DNA of 64,000 bases from Eledone cirrhosa (taxonomy: Eukaryota): positions 8,742,001-8,806,000 of the forward strand of contig OZ024757.1 of assembly GCA_964016885.1 (NCBI GenBank). The letters run 5' to 3'. Positions 1-9,370 of this stretch are shown here, piece after piece (positions within the stretch are counted from its first letter, which is position 1; each line of letters opens with the position of its first letter). The notes below the pieces were generated by a model. The model was not told the DNA's origin. It ran no database searches and saw only the letters and a list, made by a program, of their open reading frames with translations. Position numbers and translations under genes: made by a program.

Positions 1-94
1 ACATTCTATCTATTGTTTTATAGACTTTAAATAAATGTTCTACTTTTAACTCAAGGCCAGCAATTTGAAGAGAAAGGGGAATGTTGTGTGAGCT

Positions 95-214
95 TAACTC
101 AAATCGTGAAGACTGGAAGAGGAGATGACGAAGGAGCGCATTTAGTGGAGAGATGTCATGCTAAGAAGGACCCGTCCAACCCATGCAGGCATGGATAGTA
201 CATGTAATGATGAT
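95..214 (+). mobile_element. short 3' remnant of an RTE-type LINE
   Basis: Ends in CCGTCCAACCCATGCAGGCATGGA...TGATGAT, matching the 3' terminus of the RTE at 4330-4397. Confidence 0.45.
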
Positions 215-599
215 ACACAAAATATACACAATATATATATATAAATAATCAAAATCGCCAACTCGCTATTTCTGGGATGGCTGTTCCCTTCGGTTCCTTC
301 GGTATAAAGTAACGTTCAAATTTTTCTCGATTCTTCTCTCCATTCGAACCCATTCATTCAATCACTTCTATGTCCTAATTTCACACTATATCATATTTTC
401 ACCATTCTATATCATATCTTTTCTCTAAAAATCATATTTTCCCTATCACCGCATTTTCTCTATTGTATTTTCTTAAACCAAACAAATCTTGTATTTTCGT
501 TTATTGTTAAATTATGCCCAAAATACGGCGATCTTATCTTAAACCTTACATTCTCGCTAACAACCCATCATCCCTCCCTCCCGCCCCCACGCACCACCA

Positions 600-3500
600 T
601 TATTACGTGGACCAATCATAAGTCAGAGGCCCATACTATCGCTTAACTGGTTGCTTTTCGATATGATGGATGGACTACGGAATTCTGGAGAGTTGAAGAG
701 AGAAAAATGTGGACGCTCAGCGACAATGCCAAAGATAAAGACAAATTCACCTCGTGGACGAGAATGCAAGCACTCCTCCTTGTTTCGGCCCAGGATGGCT
801 AACATAACCCCATCCCCCACCGCTCCCACCCTCCAAACGCAATCCAAAACTTCAGAGTTGGTACCATGAATGTAGGCACCTTAAAGGGTCGCTCTAACGA
901 GGTTGTAGAAATGCTTGAACGTAAGGAGGTCGATGTTTGTTGTATTCAAGAGACCAGGTGGAGGGGAGGGTCGGCTAGATTCATCGTGGGTAAAGAACGA
1001 TGCTATAAGCTTTTCTGGGTGGGAAATGACAATGGGTTGGGTGGGGTAGGAATCATGGTAGCAGAAAAGTGGGCAGATAAGATAATAGACGTAAATAGAG
1101 TGAACGACAGAATAATTAAAATAAGACTTGTCCTCAATAAAACTACGGTGACAGTAATATCTGCATACGCACCCCAATCCGGACTGCCCGGCGCTATAAA
1201 AGACAGATTCTACGAGGCACTGATGCTCGCTACCTCCCAAATAACCGACAGTGACTATATAGTTATTGCAGGTGACCTAAATGGTCACGTTGGACAACAT
1301 TGTGACGGCTATGACGGAATCCATGGAGGCTATGGGTTCGGTACTAGAAATGAGGAAGGCTCCAGAATCCTGGAATTCTGCGACGCAAATAACTTAACTA
1401 TCTGTAACACTAACTTCAAAAAACGAGACAATCACTTGCTCACATATAGATCGGGGGAACACACAAGCCAGGTAGATTATATCCTTACCAGAAGACGTGA
1501 CAGAGTGTCTGTTGTTAACACTAAATCCCACCCCCATGAAGAATTCACCTCCCAACATAGACTGATAATTAGCGACCTCATAGTCAGGACGAGACGTACT
1601 AGACAGCGGAAGAGGACTATCCTCAGGAGAAAAATATGGAAGCTAAAGGACCCCATAGCCAGAAATAAATTCCAAAGCATATTACTTGACGCTTTCGACA
1701 GTAAGGAAGAGCAATTAGAGTCGTATAATATAGAGGAACAGTGGGAATTCCTGAGAGCAAACCTGCTGACGAAGTCTGTGGCTGGAGCAGGCCTGTAGGT
1801 AGGAGGAAAGTAACATGGTGGTGGAACAGTAAGGTGGAGGAGTCAATTAAGGCCAAAAAGCAGGCTTGGAAAGTATGGCGGGATGGGGGAAGTAGAGAAG
1901 ACTATCAAGTGGCCAGGAGGGAAGCTAGGAGACAAGTGTACTTCGCAAGAAGGGAAGCAGAGGAAAGAAAGTTCAAGCATGTTCTACAACGTGAGGACCA
2001 AAAACGTGAGGTGTTCAGGATTGCCAGGCAATGTGTCAAGGAAAACCGTGATATTGTCGGGGAGAAGTGTGTACTTAACGATGATGGCATACTTGCCATC
2101 ACCGACGCTGATAAGAAGGTAGCTTGGAAGTGTCACTACGAAAGGCTTCTAAATGAGGAGAACAAATGGGAGAAAGACAGTCTCCCCCAGATCGATCCAA
2201 TAGAGGGACCAGCAGTGTTAGTTGAAGGTAGTATAATAAGTAAGGCAATCAAAGATATGAAGACGGGTAAGGCGGCTGGGCCTTCGGAAATAGTTGCTGA
2301 GATGCTGAAGGCATCTGGTTCGGTGGGACACACCACGGTCACCCGGATAGTTAATCAAGTCGTACAGAATGGGGTTGTTCCGAAGGAATGGCGTAGCAGC
2401 ATCATCGTTAACTGCTATAAGGGAAAAGGAGATGCCCTAGATAGGAGTAACTATAGAAGCATTAAATTAATCGACCAGGTCATGAAGGTCACGGAAAAAG
2501 TAATAGCGCAACTAATCAGAGAGAGAATTGATCTAGATGAAATGCAGTTCGGGTTTGTGTCAGGCAAAAGTACCACAGACGCTCTTTTCATTGTACGACA
2601 ACTACAGGAGAAGTACCTAGCTAAAAGTAAACCCCTATACTTAGCTTTCGTCGACTTGGAGAAAGCCTTCGACAGAGTCCCCCGTTCCATTATCTGGTGG
2701 TCTCTTAGAAAACTAGGTGTTGACAAATGGCTTGTGAGAGCTATACAAGCCATGTATAAAGAAACAGTCAGTAAGGTTAGAATTAACAACGAATATAGTG
2801 AAGAGTTTAGCGTAAAAGTTGGTGTACATCAGGGCTTTGTTCTTAGCCCCCTACTATTTATTATTGCCCTTCAGGCTATAACAGAGGAGTTCAAGACCGG
2901 CTGCCCATGGGAACTCCTATACGCAGATGATCTAACGCTCATAGCTGAATCAATGACCGAACTAGAGAAGAAATTCCAAACATGGAAGCACGGCCTAGAA
3001 TCAAAAGGCCTTAAAATTAACCTGGCTAAGACTAAAGTTCTAGTTTGTAGGAAAGAAAATAAGGCGGCGGTCCCATCTGGGAAATGGCCATGCTCAGTGT
3101 GTAGGAAAGGCGTAGGTAGAAACTCCATTTTATGTCCCAAATGCAAAGTATGGGTGCATAAAAGATGTAGTGGGATCACAGGTAAGCTAACTAAGAACAT
3201 AGATTTTACATGTGGCCGGTGCTCTGGTGCAATAAGTAGCAGCAAGTGCCCACAAAATACTAGCTCCTTCAACTGCGCAGAGGGTTCTATAGAAATAGTG
3301 GACAGCTTCCGTTATCTGGGTGACAAAATCAGCAGTGGGGGAGGGTGCTCTGAAAGTATAGTAGCTAGAGTCAGAACTGGATGGAAAAAGTTCAGAGAGC
3401 TTATACCACTATTAGCCGCTAGAGGGTTCTCCCTAAAAATGAAAGGCAGGTTATACGATGCCTGCATACGATGCCTGCATACGATGCCTGCATACGAACA

Positions 3501-4397
3501 GCAATGCAGTGAGACCTGGGCATTGTGTGCAGAGGATATACGCAGACTAGAGAGGAACGAAGCTTGCATGCTCCGCTGGATGTGCAATAGTAATATACGT
3601 GAACGGCAAAGCATAAATGAACTAAGGAAAAAATTAGAAATAAGAGGGATCAGATGTTGTTTACGCGAGAGAAGGCTACGTTGGTACGGTCACGTGATGC
3701 GCATGAAAGACGACAGCTGTATAACAAAGTGCAGGGCAATAAAGATAGACGGTAGCCACAGAGTAGGCAGACCCAGAAAAACATGGGACGAGCTGATAAA
3801 TTCCGACCTCACACACTTACACCTCTCCAAGACAATGTCACTGGACCGAGACCTTTGGCGGTACTCAGTAATAGAGAAGACCCGCCTTACCTAAATACAA
3901 AGTAAAAACCTACTACAGTCAGTAGGCATCTCTATCAAAACACCCCCCCCCGTCCCACCACCTCCACCCCACCCCTTTCAATGTAAAGTTATGTTGGGGC
4001 CACAACATCCAGGCCGAAACAAATGAGATCGTGTAGGTGTCACGACAAAAAACACACAGTCCACGCTGTAAATGTGGCCGTGTAGGCAACACGGTAAAAA
4101 CCTCCCAGCCCCACAATGTAAATGTGGTTGGTGTTAGGAAGGGCATCCAGCTGTAGAAAACCCGCCAGACAGTCCACGCTGTAATGTGGCCGTGTAGGCA
4201 ACACGGTAAAAACCTCCCAGCCCCACACTGTAAATGTGGTTGGTGTTAGGAAGGGAATCCAACTGTAGAAAACCCGCCAGACAGTCCTATGCGAGCAAGA
4301 CAACCACTCTTGCCTCAAGTGGGAAAACCCCCGTCCAAACCCATGCAAGCGTGGAACACGGACGCTAAACCTGATGATGATGATGATGATGATGATG
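600..4397 (+). mobile_element. near full-length RTE-clade non-LTR retrotransposon (5' boundary uncertain)
   Basis: Contains an APE endonuclease plus RT ORF and a 3' UTR with an internal duplication (4058-4286), and ends in (GAT)n at 4373-4397. Confidence 0.9.
866..3894 (+). pseudogene. RTE ORF: APE endonuclease - reverse transcriptase - PHD-like C4HC3 finger - C-terminal domain; one frameshift near 1770
   Basis: EN motifs NVGTL, CIQETRW, SAYAPQ, AGDLNGHVG, SQVDYIL, SQHRL; RT motifs QFGF, FVDLEKAFDRVP, GVHQGFVLSPLLF, LLYADD, FRYLG; C-terminal RLRWYGHV and GRPRKTW. About 10 bp are missing at about 1770 relative to the paralog at 11410-11440 (NLLKATDEIC). Confidence 0.9.
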
Positions 4398-4462
4398 AAA
4401 TAATATGTATATAGTGTATGTGCTACATATACACAATATATACACTACATATATATATGTGT

Positions 4463-4733
4463 GGAGGCACATGGCTTAATGGTTAGAGCATTGGCCTTGC
4501 AATCGAAAGGTTGTGAGTTCAATTCTCAGACCGGGTGATGTGTTGTTTCCTTGAGCAAGACACTTTATTTCACATTGCTCCAGTTTACTCAGCTGTAGAA
4601 ATGAGATGATAGGGACTGGGGTCCCTATCATTCCACTGTAAAGTGGACGTGGAGGTGCCACGGCAAAAAAGCACCCAGCACTCACTGTAAATGAGGTTGG
4701 TGTTAGGAAGGGCATCCAGCTGTAGAAATCAAG
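4463..4733 (+). mobile_element. tRNA-derived SINE, family 1 (V-domain-like body, RTE-shared 3' part), 3' truncated
   Basis: A-box-like TGGCTTAATGG and B-box-like GAGTTCAATTC; body TCCTTGAGCAAGACACTT; tail GGTGTTAGGAAGGGCATCCAGCTGTAGAAA identical to the RTE 3' UTR. Copies at 23435 and 33643. Confidence 0.8.
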
Positions 4734-5029
4734 TCATAATTTCAACTGTCATGAAAGTACCATCAACAAATATTAAAGTTATAAAATTGTTTTTATTTAC
4801 ACATAAATGTGGATATTTTGTCATAAATATAAACATAAATCAGTTAGTGTTTGTAAAATAACACATATAAACACATCAATCTTGTTTGTTTTTCTTATAT
4901 TGATGGAGTCATAGGGGTGTCACTGTGGACATTTGAAGCTTGGTGGAGCCCTTCACTCACCAGGTTGGAACAGGTGATTTCTTCCAGAGAAGTAGAATAA
5001 TAAATGTTCATCAATATATATATTATTTC

Positions 5030-5262
5030 GTGGCATTCTTGAGATCATTAATCCCCAGCTGAACATCCCTAGACATCTGATCTATGTAAGACATTTTCAG
5101 TCATCCCACTAGGGTCTTACTATGTTTAGGTATCCACCACAGGAGCCAGCTCATCAGGGCATCCATTCTTTGGTAGGAATGTCTGGTATGTCTTGTCCTC
5201 GGCTCCCTAGTTATTGTAGTAATCTTCAATATATGGCGGTATGTTTCTTGTTTGATTGAGGA
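5030..5262 (-). mobile_element. degenerate 3' fragment of a second RTE-like LINE family (paralog at about 25990-26260)
   Basis: Minus-strand reading resembles an RTE C-terminus (KITTITRERRSRYAGHCY...LTYIDQ in the 26 kb copy); the same fragment lies downstream of ZNF copies 1 and 2. Confidence 0.5.
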
Positions 5263-5293
<31 letters not shown>

Positions 5294-5294
5294 G

Positions 5295-5832
5295 ATGCGT
5301 ATGAAGGATGACAGCTGCATTAACAGGTGCAGAGTTCTAAAAGTCGATGTAAGCCATGGAGTGGGGAGAACCAGGAAGACCTGGGATGAGGTGATAAAAG
5401 CTGACCTTGCCCAATTGTGCCTCTCAAATACAATGACACAGGACCGTGACCTCTGATGTCAGTTGGTAATACAGAAGACCCGACTTCACACGGGTACAAG
5501 CCGAAGCTGAAGCATATAGACAATATCTCCCCATCCCCACCCACTGCAAAAATGGTCATGGAGATATCACGAAAAAAAAAGCACCCAGCCCGCACTGTAA
5601 AGTAGTCATGTAGATACCATGGTAAAAAAATCACCCAGCCCACACTGTAAACTAGTCGTGTAGATACCATGGTAAAGAAAGCACCCAGCACTCACTGTAA
5701 ATGAGGTTTTGTGTTAGGAAGGGCATCCAGCTGTAGAAATCAAGCCAAAATCAGTTCCCTGACCTGGCATTGCCCACAACCCGTCTAACTTATGCTAGCG
5801 TGGAAGAATGGAGGGAAAACCGCGATGATGAT
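5295..5832 (+). mobile_element. RTE 3' remnant with the shared SINE/LINE tail
   Basis: ATGCGTATGAAGGATGACAGCTGC...AGACCTGGGATGAG matches 3697-3795; ends with TAGGAAGGGCATCCAGCTGTAG...GATGATGAT. Confidence 0.6.
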
Positions 5833-5930
5833 AAGTATAAGATAAGGATTTTTCAAGCTTCACATTTTATATACTTCAGTCCAGAGTGTGTCTGTATATT
5901 TGTGTGTTTCACATTTCACAGTGATGGGGT

Positions 5931-6443
5931 TTATTGCAAGTGTTGACTATGTAGGTGAACAACCAGTGACGAATTCTGAGAGAAAGATTTCCCACATATT
6001 TCACAATGGAAGGGTTTTTCACCAGTGTGAGTTCTTTTGTGAACTACAAGTGTAGAATTACTAGAAAAAGATTTCCCACATATTTCACATGAATAAGGAT
6101 TTTTTTCACCAGTGTGTATTCTTTTGTGATGTTCAAGATGAGAACTCTGAGAAAAAGATTTCCCACATATGTCACATGAAAAAGGCCTTTCTCCTGTGTG
6201 TATTCTTTTGTGCTGTACAAGAATAGAATTACTAGAAAAAGATTTCCCACATATTTCACATGCAAAAGGTTTTTCTCCAGTGTGTGTTCTTATATGCCTT
6301 TTTAAATCACTGTTCAAGACAAAAGACTTCCCACATATTTCACAATGGAAGGGTTTTTCTCCAGTGTGTATTTTCTCGTGTGAGGATAGTTTCAGTTTTG
6401 AAGAGAAAGTTTTCCTACAAATCTCACAGCTATATTCAGACAT
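5931..6443 (-). CDS. C2H2 zinc-finger protein, 6 tandem fingers, 170 aa (coding region appears to be one exon; upstream exons not excluded)
   Basis: Six CxxC-x12-Hxxx(x)H units with TGEKP-type linkers; intact ORF ending LVVHLHSQHLQ*. Confidence 0.88.
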   Translation of the reverse strand: MSEYSCEICRKTFSSKLKLSSHEKIHTGEKPFHCEICGKSFVLNSDLKRHIRTHTGEKPFACEICGKSFSSNSILVQHKRIHTGERPFSCDICGKSFSQSSHLEHHKRIHTGEKNPYSCEICGKSFSSNSTLVVHKRTHTGEKPFHCEICGKSFSQNSSLVVHLHSQHLQ

Positions 6444-7413
6444 ATTTCTAGCTAGTGATCTTTACATAAAGGAGTCTCACCACTTTTACTGATACATTAA
6501 GAAATGTAGGTATCGTTAATAGATGCCATGTATTCTAATATACAAAGGGTCCATAAAAGACTGCAGAAGTCCGCTTTCTTCTTCTACAAAGTTGTAATGT
6601 AGCATTTAATTGGTACAAGTAATAAGACATATGTCAGTGTAAGACTGATCTTGGATGAAGAAAAGGCAAGTGCTTATATATATATGTGTGTGTGTGTGAG
6701 TGTGATTATTGTGGAATATTCCACTATTATTATTAAGTTGAGAGAAGCTCTATTCACAATAAAATCCTCAGCTCATAAAACAGACGAATAAGACTTCTAT
6801 AGTTAAGGTTCTTGTTATTGAGGACAGTTCAGGTGACAAGAGAATTAATATCCATAATTTCAAAAGATGAAGGTTAATATATATACATATATATATACAG
6901 ACATACAGTGTGTAGGTATGAGAGAGAGAAATAGATGTGTGTGTGTGTGTGGAAATATGTGTGTAGGTGTTGTAATAAATCAAGATATTTCACTTCAGAT
7001 AGAAAAGTTCACAATGTTTGTGTTGAGGTGGAAAAGGAAATAATACGTACTTTAGTTGTCAAGACCAAATATAAAGTCAAGAAAAGTTAGTAAAAACTAA
7101 ATGTTCACTGATTTCTGATTAAAATAATATTTTCCTGTCCTGTAAAATGTTGAACAACCACTTCAATATTTAATAATACAGGTGATAAAACAACAACTAT
7201 AAGGTAAATAAGTCACCTTATGTTATTTACAAACATTAACGTCCACCTTAATATGAAATAATCACCATAAAAGATAAAATTAGATGAGGTTTAAGTTGTA
7301 ACAATGGAGCTGATATAAATGGTAATATTTCACCGTCCAGTTGACACCGGTGTCATGACTTAAAAGTCCCCTACATAATTTAATACATTCAGAAACAACT
7401 TCCGTTATATGAA

Positions 7414-7610
7414 CTAGCAGAAAACCACCCGAAGGTAGCATGTGTAGTGTGTATATTGATATTATACGCAGGTATATATGATACATGTATATATATACCT
7501 GCGTGTAATATCAATATACACACTACACATGCTACCTTCGGGTGGTTTTCAGCTAGCATGTGTAGTGTGTATATTGATATTATACGCAAGTATATATATA
7601 TACATGTAGA
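7414..7610. repeat. 143-bp palindrome plus a third arm (inverted triplication) upstream of ZNF; also at about 41910-42107
   Basis: CTAGCAGAAAACCACCCGAAGGTAGCATGTGTAGTG...CACTACACATGCTACCTTCGGGTGGTTTTCAGCTAG, followed by the arm repeated again. Confidence 0.85.
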
Positions 7611-7650
7611 TATGATACATCAAATAAAATCGTAATTTACAATATATAAT

Positions 7651-7892
7651 TGTGTCTACGTTAGGCACAAGGCCAGCAAATACCCAGTGTATTACTGGTA
7701 CTTTATTTTATCGACCCCGTAAGGATGAAAGGCAAAGTTAACCTCGGCGGGATTTGAACTCAGAATGACAAGGGCCGTAACTCTATGCGTCAAAGCATGG
7801 CGTCCGACCCTCTACCAATACTGCCAATCCACCGCCTTAAAGTACCAGTAATGAACTGGTTATTTGCTGGCCTTGTGCCTAAAGTAGAAACA
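7651..7892 (-). mobile_element. tRNA-derived SINE, family 2 (Meta-domain-like), with an inverted copy of its own 3' end; TSD AATATATAAT
   Basis: Minus strand GGCGGTGGATTGGCAG...GAGTTCAAATCCCGCCGAGGTTAACTTTGCCTTTCATCCTTACGGGGTCGATAAAATAAAGTACCAG. TSD at 7641-7650 and 7893-7902; empty site at about 28326 and 25606. Confidence 0.85.
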
Positions 7893-8419
7893 AATATATA
7901 ATACACAGAAATTGAACGAAGACTGTGTTACACTGTCTTATGTAATCAGTAACGTAATCCATGATACATTAAAAAAGACGATATTATATATAAACTGCAT
8001 TAGGAGAAAATTAGTGACAGAAAATTAATAGTTTATTGAAGTGATGGCCAACCGGAAGTGTTGGCATTTCAGAAATTTTAAAGAAGTGAATTTTTAAACA
8101 AACAAAATATATTTAATCAACAGCCCCGAAATTTAGTAGATAAATTATGTAATATTCATTCATTATTTATTCAAAGTAATCTAACTTATTTTATTAATGG
8201 GATAAACAATTAGAAACTGTACGCAGTCCCGCGCTCCTTCTTTTATTATAGTTTAGATTCATACGTTCAATAGATATGCTAGTACTTTATTCAGATTTGA
8301 ATAAATAACGTTATTAATTTTATATAACTGTTCATATTAAACCAAAACACATTATTAAAGGTAATAAAAGATTTACGTAATGGAAAAAAAAGAAAAAACG
8401 AATCAAACAACGAAAATAA

Positions 8420-8600
8420 TTGTTTCTACTTTTGGCACAAGGCCAGCAATTATTCAGTGTATTACTGGTACTTTATTTTATCGACCTCGTAAGGATGAAA
8501 GGCAAAGTTAACCTCGGCGGGATTTGAACTCAGATCATAGAGGGAGGTAACTCTATGCTACAAAGCTTGGCGCCCGACGCTCTACCAACACTGCCAATCC
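8420..8600 (-). mobile_element. SINE family 2 (paralogs 28840-29015 - and 40922-41105 +)
   Basis: Same head, GCCTTTCATCCTTACGAGGTCGATAAAATAAAGTACCAG body and GCCTTGTGCC...GTAGAAACAA tail. Confidence 0.8.
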
Positions 8601-9370
8601 AACGAAATTAACGGGAGAGGGACAGACTTTATATTTCAGTCTGAGCTGTGATTCAGCCCCACCCTACAGACAAAATGGCAAAGGTGTTACCACAGAGAAT
8701 AGCCAGAGTCACCCACTACAACATCCACCCCACCTCATGGGACTACTTCCCCAAGGGGGCTGCTGTCTTTCTAATTTTGAGGAGGAAATCAGCAGTGTGG
8801 GGACAGAGAGGAAGTGGTTTGTCAGGCCCCAGTATTTAACTATCTCCCTCTTCTCTCTATTGCAGGTAGTAAAGCCTGGGTTTGTGGCTGCAGGGAAAAT
8901 GTTGGAGGCAGAGAATGATACAACCCATGCTAAACCTCCAACTAAAGCTGATACTTGTCTTTTTCAGCTGTGGAGATTAGAGACATGTGGAATGATGTGT
9001 CTTGCTTAAGGACACAATGTACCTCCCTAACTGACAATTGAAAACATGATATTACCATATGATGTATGACTTCACTATACAATATATATGTGTTTGTATA
9101 CATATATATAGTATATATTTGTGTATACATTGTCTCATTCCATGAGAGTAACTTGGTCAGTCTATGAACTTCTCATCCGACCCTTCTATATGTATATACA
9201 TGTTTGTCAGTGTGTGTGTACATATGTATTTAGAATATTGTCACAACTACTATATACACCACATATACACCATATATAATATTGTCCAATATATATAGAC
9301 ATGTTGTCCAAGGGAAAGGGTGATATAGATCAGCACCAGTGACATTACAACTATTATATACACTATATAT

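Noticed and set aside
651-869. Upstream ORF with ATGA overlap as a coupled ORF1
   Set aside because: The ATG at 866 lies inside the EN motif (RVGTMNV) and the 72-aa ORF has no recognisable domain; not supportable.
1741-1800. Programmed frameshift between EN and RT
   Set aside because: Paralogs are in frame here and have about 10 extra bp, so this is a deletion; no slippery heptamer.
881-3614. Antisense and alternate-frame ORFs over the RTE and ZNF genes
   Set aside because: Shadow ORFs of coding or repetitive sequence, with no independent motifs.
4463-4535. tRNA gene
   Set aside because: The tRNA-like head continues into a SINE body and lacks a proper acceptor stem; the same holds for all SINE copies.
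6768-6983. Small ORF INLHLLKLWILILLSPELSS.. identical in three places (also 27562 and 42528)
   Set aside because: Identity follows from the recent cassette duplication; starts are variable and lie in microsatellite. It could be UTR, but there is no coding evidence.
8737-9009. 90-aa ORF repeated at 29148-29420
   Set aside because: Lies in the duplicated cassette, overlaps a SINE remnant, and is disrupted in copy 3.
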